From Welwitschia mirabilis (Eukaryota), in NCBI GenBank assembly GCA_051453625.1, contig JBOZIK010000001.1:47327012-47391011 (forward strand): a DNA stretch of 64,000 nucleotides, in the 5' to 3' direction. Each line of letters begins with the position of its first letter. The stretch's first letter is position 1. This document shows positions 24,692 to 36,790 of the stretch, piece by piece. The position numbers and the translations under genes were made by a program. The notes below the pieces were generated by a model that was not told the origin of the DNA, made no database searches, and worked only from the letters and a program-made list of their open reading frames with translations.

Positions 24692-27600
24692 TTATCTATC
24701 AAAAGATGCGAGACCAGCCAAGTCCACGTAATATGTGAACTTAGTCATAGGTAAAGGCTTGGTCAACATGTTAGTCGAATTATTAGTGATATCAATTTTC
24801 TTTACCAAAATCCGACCTTCAGTAATAACATCACAAATGAATTGATATTGCACACTAATGTGCTTTGTCCTTTTATGAAACATTTGGTCTTTAGTTAAGT
24901 ATAATGCACTTTGGTTGTCACAATGTACCAAAGTTATTTCTTCCTTCGACTTGAGTTCTGACAGTAAATTTGTTAACCATATAGCCTTCTTAACTTCCTC
25001 TGTTAATGACATGTATTTTGCTTTTGTACTTGATAAAGTAGTTATAGATTGTAGTGTAGCTTTCTAGCTAATAACTGTTCCTCCAAATGAAAACACATAT
25101 CCTACAAGAGACCTTCTACGATCAAGANNNNNNNNNNNNNNNNNNNNNNNNNNNNNNNNNNNNNNNNNNNNNNNNNNNNNNNNNNNNNNNNNNNNNNNNN
25201 NNNNNNNNNNNNNNNNNNNNNNNNNNNNNNNNNNNNNNNNNNNNNNNNNNNNNNNNNNNNNNNNNNNNNNNNNNNNNNNNNNNNNNNNNNNNNNNNNNNN
25301 NNNNNNNNNNNNNNNNNNNNNNNNNNNNNNNNNNNNNNNNNNNNNNNNNNNNNNNNNNNNNNNNNNNNNNNNNNNNNNNNNNNNNNNNNNNNNNNNNNNN
25401 NNNNNNNNNNNNNNNNNNNNNNNNNNNNNNNNNNNNNNNNNNNNNNNNNNNNNNNNNNNNNNNNNNNNNNNNNNNNNNNNNNNNNNNNNNNNNNNNNNNN
25501 NNNNNNNNNNNNNNNNNNNNNNNNNNNNNNNNNNNNNNNNNNNNNNNNNNNNNNNNNNNNNNNNNNNNNNNNNNNNNNNNNNNNNNNNNNNNNNNNNNNN
25601 NNNNNNNNNNNNNNNNNNNNNNNNNNNNNNNNNNNNNNNNNNNNNNNNNNNNNNNNNNNNNNNNNNNNNNNNNNNNNNNNNNNNNNNNNNNNNNNNNNNN
25701 NNNNNNNNNNNNNNNNNNNNNNNNNNNNNNNNNNNNNNNNNNNNNNNNNNNNNNNNNNNNNNNNNNNNNNNNNNNNNNNNNNNNNNNNNNNNNNNNNNNN
25801 NNNNNNNNNNNNNNNNNNNNNNNNNNNNNNNNNNNNNNNNNNNNNNNNNNNNNNNNNNNNNNNNNNNNNNNNNNNNNNNNNNNNNNNNNNNNNNNNNNNN
25901 NNNNNNNNNNNNNNNNNNNNNNNNNNNNNNNNNNNNNNNNNNNNNNNNNNNNNNNNNNNNNNNNNNNNNNNNNNNNNNNNNNNNNNNNNNNNNNNNNNNN
26001 NNNNNNNNNNNNNNNNNNNNNNNNNNNNNNTCAAAATCACAAAACCCAACAAGGTTGCAGGTCATCCTCCTAAATCCCAAGCACAAATCAAAAGTCCCAC
26101 ATAGGTATCTAAGGATCCACTTCATTGCTTCCGAATGAGCTTTTTTAGGACATGGCATATACATGCTTACATCATTAATAACTTGTGAAATATTAAAACC
26201 AAAGCATACACGATGCTACCAACTACAATAGAGTAGGGTACTCTAGCCAAATATTGCTTCTTCTTAACTGTTTATGATGATAAAGTAGTAGAAATCTTGA
26301 AGTGAGTTGCAAGTGGAGTAGAAACTGACTTTGCATCTTTCATGCAAAAAATCAAGGACCTTTTTAATGTACCTATTTTGACTGAGATACAACTTCTCTG
26401 TAGATTTATCCCTAGCAATCTCCATGCCAAGAATCTTCTTAGCTCTACTAAGATCTTTCATCTTAAATTCACCACCTAACAAAGATTTTAGCTTGTCAAT
26501 TTCAAACTTGTCTTTGTAAGCGATCAACATGTCATCAATGTCTAGTAATAAGTGAACAAAGGAATCATCTAGTGACTTCCTGAAATAGACACAACTATCA
26601 TATGCACTTCTAGTATCATCATGAGAGACCAGAAAAGAGTCAAAACACTTATACCATTGTCTGGGTGACTGCTTTAGCTCATACAATGACTTCTTCAATA
26701 AGCAAATATGGTCTTCCTTTCCTTTGATCTCAAACCCCCTTGGTTGCTACATGTAGATTTTCTTATCTAGTTCTCCATGTAGAAACACAATCTTCACATC
26801 TAATTGCTCCAACTTCATATCATCTCTGGTACCTAAAGCTAACAAGATACAAATGGAAGACTACTTTATAACAGGTAGAAAACATCATGAAAATCAACAC
26901 CTATCACTTGATTGAATCTTTAAGCAAGTAATCTTACCTTGAAACGAGCATATTCAACGCTTGGGATGCCTTCTTTCTTTTTAAACACCCATTTTCTCCT
27001 AACAATCTACTCCTTTTTAGATGCCTTGACAAGCTCCCATGTCCCATTNNNNNNNNNNNNNNNNNNNNNNNNNNNNNNNNNNNNNNNNNNNNNNNNNNNN
27101 NNNNNNNNNNNNNNNNNNNNNNNNNNNNNNNNNNNNNNNNNNNNNNNNCACTGAAACCATAGCCCATAAAAATACATTTCTTAGCTCTAGGTTCTAGTTT
27201 TCCATCATTAACATAAGCATAGGCTGAACAACCAAAAACTTTCAAAATTGAATAATCAGAAGGTTTTCCAGACTATACCTCTTCTAGCGTTTTCAAGTCA
27301 ACGGATGTATGAGGGAATCAATTCACCAAATAACAAGCTATAGAAATTGCCTCTACCAGCTCCCACGTAGAAACACAGTCTTCACATCTAACTATTCCAA
27401 CTCCATATCATCTCTAGCAGCTAGAGCTAATAAGACATGAATGGAAGAGTGATTCACAACAGGTGAGAAAACATCATGAAAATCAACACCCACCACTTGA
27501 CTAAATCCTTGAGCAACTAATCTAGCCTTGAAACAAGCATCTCCTGTAGTTCCCCATGTAGAAACGCTATCTTCACATCTAACTATTCCAACTCCATATC

Positions 27601-29975
27601 ATCTCTAGCAGCTAGAGCTAATAAGACACGAATGGAAGAGTGCTTCACAACAGGTGAGAAAACATCATGAAAATCAACACTTGACATTTGACAGAATCCT
27701 AAAATGAGCATCTTCAACTCTTGGGATGCCTTCTTTCTTCTTAAAAACCCATTTACTCCCAACAATCTTCTTCCCTTTAGATGCCTTTACAAGCTCCCAC
27801 ATCCCATTCTTATAAAGGAATTTTATCTCTGTCTGCATACCAACTAACCACTTTCCAGCATCAGTAGATGAAATCTCTTCACTGTAGGAGCTAGAATCAT
27901 TAGCATCATCCACCTAACTAGCTATTAACAAAGCATATGATGCACAAAGTGGCCTACCCTTTGCAATAGAGTAGGGTTATTTCTATGACTGGATTTTAGG
28001 TGATATGTCATCTAAATCATGTCGTGGAGTGTATGGTACTTGTTAAGGTGGCTCAGTAACTTCAACTCCACCTGCTTCTCGGTGTTTTGCAGTGTACCTG
28101 AGTCACAAGAAGTAGAAGTCTTCTTTCTTGGAGATAACATAACTGACTCATCAAAAGTAACATCTCTACTTACAATTAACTTCTTAGAAACAGGATACCA
28201 AAGTTTATATCCCTTAATACCAGAACCATAATGCATAAAAGGGCATTTCTTAACTTTAGGTTTTAGTTTTCCATCATTAACATAATCATAAGTTGAACAA
28301 TCAAAAAATTTTAAGATTAAATAATTAGAAGATTTTTCAGACCATACATCTTTTGACATTATTAGGTCAAGGGATATATGAGGAGGCCAATTCACCAATT
28401 AATAAGTTGTAGAAATTGCTTTTGTCCAAAAAATCCTCCCAAAACCAGCATTAGACAACATGCACTGAGCTCTTTCTATTAATGTTCTATTCATGTGCTA
28501 TGCCACTCCATTTTACTATGGTCTACCAACACATGTACGGCGCCTCACAATTCCTTCCTTCTTATAGAAGTCATTAAATTTGTCTTCCATGAACTCCAGG
28601 TCATTATTAATTCCAAGCCTCTTGATTTCTTTCCTGGTCTGCTTCTCAATCATAGTCTTCCACTTCTTAAATGTATCAAAAACATCATTCTCATGCTTAA
28701 GAAAGAAAACCCATACCTTCCTACAGTAATCATCAATAAATGTCAGCAAATATCTAGCACCACCCTTAGAAGAAACTTTTGAAGAATCCCACAAATCAGA
28801 GTGTATGTAGTTAAGAGTTCCCTTGGTTCTGTGAGTTGTAGTGTTGAAACTGAGCCTTTTGTGCTTTTCATAAATATAATGCTCAAAGAACTTCAAATTT
28901 TCAATGCTCTATCCACATAGCAACCCTCTCTTACTCAATGTTATCATTCCTTTCTCACTCATGTGCCCTAGCCTTATATGCCATAACTTAGTGACATTGG
29001 TATCAGACAAGGTTGAGGTTACTACAATTGACCCTGTAATTGTATTGTCCTACAAAACATATAAACATCCACCTTTCTTNNNNNNNNNNNNNNNNNNNNN
29101 NNNNNNNNNNNNNNNNNNNNNNNNNNNNNNNNNNNNNNNNNNNNNNNNNNNNNNNNNNNGCACTTTTAACAACTTTCATCACTCCACCTTTAGCGAAGTA
29201 CTTGCATCCATTAGCATTAAGGGTGCCCCAAGAGATAAGGTTCTTCTTCAAATCTGGGACATGACATACATCCAATAATGTCCTCATTACACCATTATGC
29301 ATTTTAATTCTACCTATCCTCTGGCCAATGACCTTATAAGGCATACTATTACCCATTAATACCACTCCATAATTAACAGATTCATAGGTAGAGAGCATAT
29401 CTTTATAGGGATACATGTGGTAAGAACATCGAGAGTCTAACATTCATTTAGAACTATTTCTAACCCTAGCATTAGTTGCTAGCAAAACATCAACATCACT
29501 ATCACCATCTATAATATTAGCCTTGGTAGAATTTTTTTTTTTTTTTACCATCTTTAATAGAATTTTGTTGTTGCTAGTCTTTCTTTTTAAGTTTCTAACA
29601 TTCAGGTTAGGTCAAGTTTCTATGTAATCTAGACTTAAATCAAAACTTCTGCTTGGTACTACCACTAGTGGAATTCCTTTTAAAAGTTCTACCATGCACT
29701 ACAAGATCCTCTGCTGGAGGATCATTAGACTTCCTAGTTAATTGAGTATTAATTAATTAATGTTACAACAAAGCATTCTTAATGTCCTCAACAGATAATT
29801 CACCATAACCATAAAGCAGAGTTTCTCTAAAGTGTCTATATGATTTAGGTAGTAAACAAAGTAGAGTAATAGCAAAAATCCTTAGCCTCAATATTAACAT
29901 CAATATTTTATAGATTCATAACAATTAAGAAAATTTCATCTAGATGAGTTTTAATTGGATTACCTTCCTACAGAT
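24692..29975 (-). pseudogene. Copia gag-pol pseudogene with duplicated RT/integrase segments
   Basis: ORF-track fragments 24692-25012, 26264-26698, 27583-27913, 28012-28398, 28516-28896 and 29003-29443. Confidence 0.93.
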
Positions 29976-30154
29976 GAATATCCTTGATACTACTCTTCAA
30001 TAACATATGATTAATAACATTAACAAAATCATTAAACCTAGCCCAAGAATTTGAGGAAACATCAACATATAACTACCACTAGTCTAGTAAATGCAAAGCC
30101 AGCATTTGGAATATAAGCTTTATTGTAAAATGAAGGATTAGCTACATTATTGTA

Positions 30155-30457
30155 GCTTATTCTCAGTCTTGATTACATGTTTATGATGAAACATATTCAC
30201 AGGTAGAGGACATCATGATATTGAGATTTAATTATTTTGTGAAAAAGAATAGTTACAATGCCACAAAGTTTTTGAGGTTGTTTTACTAGGACTGCTTCAT
30301 CAAGGGATGTGATGCATCCATTTTGCTCAAAGGTTTTGTGTATGAATCTTGAAATGAGTTTTCTACATTGAATAAGATAGTTTCTATTGAGGAATTTAAG
30401 ATAATTAATGATATTAAAGCACATCTAAAAATAGAGTTTCCTTAGATAGTATCATGC
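30155..30457 (+). pseudogene. Class III plant (heme) peroxidase fragment, N-terminal third, intron-less
   Basis: Frame from 30182: YDETYSQVEDIMILRFNYFVKKNSYNATKFLRLFY*DCFIKGCDASILLKG...ES*NEFSTLNKIVSIEEFKIINDIKAHLKIEFP*IVSC. This matches FYxxTCPxVExIV..LLRLFFHDCFVxGCDASILL..SLRGFxVIDxIKxxLExxCPGxVSC. The distal His codon is now TAG (30287); further stops at 30350 and 30443. Confidence 0.9.
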
Positions 30458-31789
30458 ATGATTCCCTTCACCACAATGTTGAACCACTTTTTGCTTCCAT
30501 TGTCTTCAACATCTATGCTACTCTTACTTGCCATAGAAACATAAGGCATCAAACAAAAAATTCATAAGATAAACAAGAAAGAGTAATTTCAAGTTTAGAA
30601 ATGTTATAGTAGGTTAATTCATCTAAGCATTCCATGAAACTTATAGAAAACACAAATATTTAAGTTTGCTTGTACTTTATTTTTCTATTGATACTTTCAC
30701 ATATAGATCCATTTTGCTTGGTTTTCATTTCTAGGTTTGAATGTTTAGTGTATTTTTTTAATTTCATCAATTATTTTTGAAGAGAAAAATATTGTTGAGT
30801 AATCAAATTCAATAAAATTCAATGGAATGTGCTTTTAATAAATTTTAAATTGATTTTGTAGAAATAAAATGATTATAGGGCTTGTGTGCCAAAATTTTGG
30901 TTAGTGATTAGTTATAAAAGTATATTGGAGTTTTATTAGATTATAAATCCTGTAGTTTTGAGTTATTCATTTCACTATAGAAAAATATGCATTCACTTGA
31001 AAAATCTTTAGACCTGTAGTATGAGTAACCCAAAACATAGGCAAAAATTTAGCATCTAATTCAAATAATAAATGTTCATGATCTGAGATAATTAGTTAAC
31101 TATATTCTATGTTTTCAATACACGATTACAAAAGAATTACATAAATCTAACGCATTGATAAATAATATAGAAGAATAAATGAGAACAGGATTACTTGAAT
31201 ACCTTTCTTCTTAGTTGAATGGGTGTGACTAGTTCCTAGGGAAAGGAATTCTATTTGTTGCATACCTTTTATTTTAGTTAGTCTAGATACTTAGTTCTCT
31301 ATGTTACAATATTTACATGCATCTCAATATTTTTCCTTCTCATAATTTGTGGTATCTTAACCATTTCCTCTTAGTGAGCTCAAGCATCTATGGAATGTTA
31401 GAAATATTAATTTCATGGTTAAATTCCATGTCAATAGTTTAAGTATAACCATGATATTATTAAATATGTTTATGCAAGATTTTATATTTAGTTTGAACAT
31501 AAAACATATAATACAAAAGCTAACCTATAAAAAATTACTAAAATAACTAATAAGATCTCAGCTTAAACTGTTAAGATTATATTAAGATTTTAAATTTGAT
31601 TATTTGTTATATAGAAATAAAGATCCTTCTATATTAATTGGCAAAACCACTGCATATGCCAAATTTTAATGCATCCTTAATGAAACTTGTTCTTTAGCCA
31701 CTTACTAAATAGACAACAATATAGAAATAAAACCTAAAGGTACCCCCAAGACATGATGGTATTAACATGGTCAACATTATTATCATGAA

Positions 31790-32015
31790 CATATATAATA
31801 AATTAAATAGTAGTAATCCAATTAGTTATGGTTATGTTTTGATTGTTAATATTATATTATTATAGTATGTTTAAACATATGTATTATATTACATAATACA
31901 TATGTATAGTATTACAATACAATATGTTATATTAAAATATTTTATATAGTATTGTATTATATCATATTATGTTATATTATAATTATATTAAATTATATTA
32001 TATCATACTATAGTA
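31790..32015. repeat. AT-rich low-complexity tract (ATATT-like repeats)
   Basis: Imperfect reiterations of TATATTAT/ATTAT. Confidence 0.7.
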
Positions 32016-35000
32016 TTTAGTGGAAGCATAGCTAGGTTTTATTTAAGTTTCAAGATATTGCAAAGTCAATAATTTTATTTTTATTTTATTTTTGAACTTT
32101 AGGATGTGGTAGATATAAATACAATAAAGTAATAAGAGCTTAATTGAATGAAAATAATGTGATGATCTTAATTTAATTGTGTTATCTTTATAATCTCTGT
32201 ATTGAATATTGATCATAAGTTATTACACCTAAGTAATAATCTTTTACGTTAGACTCTTTCTTTTAGACTTTATGGGTTCCATAGATAATGTTATTATTAT
32301 ATTTATTCTAGTGAAATGCTTTTCTTACTGTTAACTACTTATAGGAATTAAAGTATATTAAATTGTAGATATTGATGGATATATTTCCTAATGATCATGG
32401 ATGATTCTAGTGTGATTCAATATAATTATGATATGCATATTATAATGTAAAATGATGCAGGATTAGTATATTCCTTATTGTTCATCATTACTTTGAGTAT
32501 GCTTTAATTTATTCAAGATATGCATCTTAAAATTGTATTTTTTACATATTTAGGCATATGAATTGGATGTCACAAGTATCTTATAGATAAATTAAGCATA
32601 CGATGGAATGAAACATGATTTTTATAATGGAAAATATGTATTATTCCCTTTCATTGGCTCCCATCAAGATTTTAGTGAGATATGGAGGGTTTCTTTGGTT
32701 ATGAAGGATTACTAATGGATATTTTAGCCAAGTAATTAGGGGTTTCACTATTTAAAAAAAAAAACAAAAGAAAAAGAAAAGAAATCTTTGAGTACTCGTG
32801 TTGATTTTGCGTTGCATCCTTTTAAATGCATTTTTTTAGTATGTCATGTGGTATATTATATGTAATATTAAATTGCCTTGTGGCATGAGAAAAGCATTTT
32901 GAGTTGCATTATGGAATTAAGATTTTAAAATATTATATTCTCACATTACCTATACAATGGATCATGCGCTTGATCACTACGTGCCCACTATTACAGATCA
33001 TCTTGATCTATCATATAATCATGCATATGAGTAGTGATAGAAATGACATTAGAGATAGAACTATGTGTGGTCTAAACTCCTCTAGATAAGGATTATGTAG
33101 GCATGGTTGTTTAGCTATTGTTACAACAAACCACTTGTATTCAGCCTACATACTTCTTTCATGTGCTCTTAATTGAGATTTCTAATTAACCTTAAGATTG
33201 GTTATGGTATTAATTGAGTGGGCTATCATTACATAGTTTACTTGACATGAATCTTGTAGGTATCTTAGAGGTATGTTTCTCAGCTAAAACCTAATTATTT
33301 TGCTATAATGTTTAATCAATGTAATGTAATTTAGTTAATTAGGAAAAAAATTAGTGCCTTTTAGTGCCTCTTTAGTCCAACTCAAAACTCAAAAAATAGG
33401 TCATGAACCAAAAAAAAGAAAATAATATTTATTCTTAGCAACTCTACCACCTCTACTCTCTAATCCATGATGTACATGTTTTGGAGTTGAAAACTGAATC
33501 CTTACAATTTCTCATAGCATAAATTCTTGTGGTACACATTAGTTATTATGGAAAGCTAACAACGAACAACAATATAAGACTTGGGTTTTGATCATTAAAT
33601 TTCATTCAAATAATTATTGAGAGATATCTAATCTTTTTAACATAATTAAGATTGATCATTACATCTCTTAATTTTTATGAATAAGTTATCTTATCTAAAT
33701 AAAGTTTTAGTATGAATAAGAAATAAGATAATTATTACCTCATTAACAAGTTTATTTTAGATAGGATCATTTTAGTAATTTTTCCAATTTAATATTTATA
33801 TCTAGTAGAATATTTTCTTTCATATAAGGTAGATAAACTTTTTGGTCTATTGGTGGAAGTTGTATAGATATCATAATAATAATAACAATAATAACAAGGG
33901 TTAAAAACATTAAAAAAATATTTTATTTGAGTAAACTATTATTACATAAATAGATCAATTTACTTAGAGGCTTCTCTCAAATTCACAGCAATCACAAAAA
34001 ATTAAAAACAGACCAAGAAAAAGGGAAACTCATAGAAGATCACTTCTTGAAATGACTAGGAAACCTATTTTTTGGTTATACCTCCTAGATGATGTGCATT
34101 CCAAAATTTTATGTGATCTCTTATATTCCAAATAAACCTCTTAATATTGTCTATATCAAAACATAATGCCATTAAGCTAAGTTTTGGATTTATGCCTTAT
34201 AATTAATTGACTCTCCTTTCCAAATCTTGCAATTGTCTAGCTAACTTTCCCAACACAATGTTATATCTTAACTCTTCATAATTTATTTCTTGATAAACCT
34301 TGTCTACTCTCAACCTCATGTATTCACTAATAAGATGATAGATAATTGAACCAAATCATAGAGGTATAACCTATTAAGAAACCTACCTTGACCATCACAT
34401 TCTAGTATAAATGAATTCAAGACATGAAACACCTCATAAGTAGTCCTATAAGAAGAGTGAGATCAATCTATAATGGCTTTAGTCCTAAGAGCTACATGTG
34501 GGAAAACAAGTTTAACACTCCTGGTGTACATATCTATTTGTGTAAGGCCAAAGTTTAATAAACATCTTTTAATCTTTCTGGTATTAGCCAGAGGTTTAAG
34601 AGAAGAAGAGAGGTGTGAAGAGATGATTTGATGAACAAAATTAACTAGTTTTATATTTTATAATGTTATTCTTATTTGAAAAGTGATATATTATTATAGG
34701 TATCACTCACTTAATGAAGATATTAAATGAAGTATGGAGCATGCCTATTCAAGGATCCTTGGCTCTTTAAATCTCTACTTAACTAATTGAAAATGATTAA
34801 ATAGATATTAAAATAATCAAAATCTGATATAAAACCTATAGTTTAGATTAATACTAGATCAATTCAAGATCTCTTTACTCTCAAAGTTACCATCTACCTT
34901 CATATTGAAAACAAAAATGATATCATGTTAATAAATAAACTAAAATGCATACTTATTTATTTTCCTAAAATATGACAAAATATGATACTTATTTAGTTTC

Positions 35001-35109
35001 CTAAAATTTGATAAAATATGAATTTGTTAAATATTTTACATTAATTAAATTAAAATTTCTTATTCATCTAAATCTTCAACTCAATTCCATTTTGTATAAT
35101 CATTAGGTT

Positions 35110-36790
35110 AAGTATTTTATTAACCTACAATGTAGGTTCTATATTAAACCTTACCCTATCTTAATCTAAAGAATGTCATTAGATTAAGTATGTTATTAAT
35201 CTAGAATGTTAGTTATAGATTAAATCTTAACTAATCTAAGAAACTCCTTGAACTTATGATAAGCCTTTCTACTATAACATTCACTTCATCAGGTTGAGCA
35301 TGTCATTAGAGCCTAAGTTCTAGATTAAACCCTATCTCAACTTAATCCTTATTACCAAAGATAAGTAATGTTTTTTTAAATGAACCTCCTTAAATACTTA
35401 TTATGCATTTTCATCTTTAAATTTACTTCATTGGACTAAGCATGTTATTAATCTAGAACCTAAGTTCTATATTAAACCTTATCTCAACCTAATTATTATT
35501 ATGAAAGAGAAGGAATATCTTTATTGATGAACCTTCTTGAACTTTTACTAAGCATTTTCACTTAAACATTTGCTTCATCAAGTTGAGCACATTATTTACC
35601 TAGAAACTAAGTTTTGGATTAAACCTCAGCTTAACTTGAGTCTTATTGTGAAAGAGAAGGAATTTCTTTCTCAAAAACCTTCTTGAATCCTTATTATGCA
35701 TTTCCATCTTCAAATTCATTTAATAAATTTAAGCATTTCATTAACTTAAGTCCTGGATGAAATGTTAGCTCAATCTAATTTTTATTATGAAAAATGATGA
35801 GGGTCTTTCTTAACAAGCCTCCTTAAACTTTTGTTCAGCCTCCTCACTTAAAGATTTACTTCTTGAGGTTAAATAAGTTATTAATCCATAATCTAAGTTC
35901 TAAATTAAACCTTAGCTCAAGCTAAGTCTTATTGCAAAAGAGGAGGAATGTCTTTCTTAATGAACCTCCTCAAACTTCTATTGAAATTTATGATTTACAA
36001 TATTAGGTTAAGAACTTTATTAATCTAGAACCTAGGTTTTACATTAAACTCTAGCTTAACTTTATCTAAAGAAATCATTTAATTAATTACTAATCTAGAA
36101 CCCTAGTCGTAAATTAAATCTTAACTTAATCGAATAATCATATTTGCTACATAAAAAGTATGAGGATTCAAGGACCCTGGTTAAGAACCATTAAGTTCTC
36201 GATGATCCTCCATGGATCCTTAATCCACCTCAATGCTAACTTAAACTTGAGGTGTTAGATGACTCCTATCAAGAACTTTTGAGTTCTTGATGATCCCCAT
36301 TGAATATCTTAATAAGAAACTAGCATAGAATATGTAATATGTGTATTTTTCAAGCTTCTTCCTCTACTTAGCTTTATTCTTAATGATTCCCTTCCTTTTC
36401 CACACCCACCATGAGATTCTTGATGATTTCCTTTGTGTTTCTATAATATTGGATTAATTAATTAACTAATGTAGAACAAAAAGTTTGGTATCAACACTTA
36501 GCTCAATCTAATGATTAAAAAGTTTTTGGATTAAAGCACTTTATTAATCCAGAACCTAGATTCTAGATTAAATGTTAACTTTATCTAAAAACTTCACTTT
36601 ATTTCACAAATATTATTAAAGACTCCTAGAGATTCTTGATAACCCTCTTCATGTTTCTATGATATTAGATTAAGTAATTACTTAACCTAGAATTAAAAGT
36701 TTTGGATTAACTCTTAGCTTAATCTAATGATTATAGATTTTTGGATTAAAGTACTTTATTAATCTAGAACGTAGGTTCTAGATTAAATAT
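35110..36790. repeat. Degenerate tandem array (~147-bp units at 35300-35990) with about 13 copies of a 28-bp palindromic core
   Basis: Consensus TTAATCTAGAACCTAGGTTCTAGATTAA is self-complementary. Copies start near 35120, 35196, 35305, 35448, 35595, 35741, 35881, 36020, 36090, 36466, 36544, 36682 and 36759. Confidence 0.88.

Larger units (their letters stand above)
24203..29975 (-). mobile_element. Ty1/copia element (Tnt1/Tork-like), 5' truncated and internally rearranged
   Basis: 3' LTR about 24203-24612 with PPT (reverse complement) AATCTCCACCTTGA at 24613-24626. RNase H HCDNQSALYLTKDQMFHKRTKHI, RT KKSLYELKQSPRQWY..IDDMLIA, integrase YIHSDLW..FIDDYCRKVW, protease LDSRCSYHM. gag breaks off near 29975 and no 5' LTR is seen. 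Confidence 0.95.

Noticed and set aside
35110..36790. CRISPR-like appearance (palindromic 28-bp repeats with spacers)
   Set aside because: The spacers are homologous to each other and too long, the repeats are degenerate, there are no cas genes and the context is eukaryotic; this is a tandem array.
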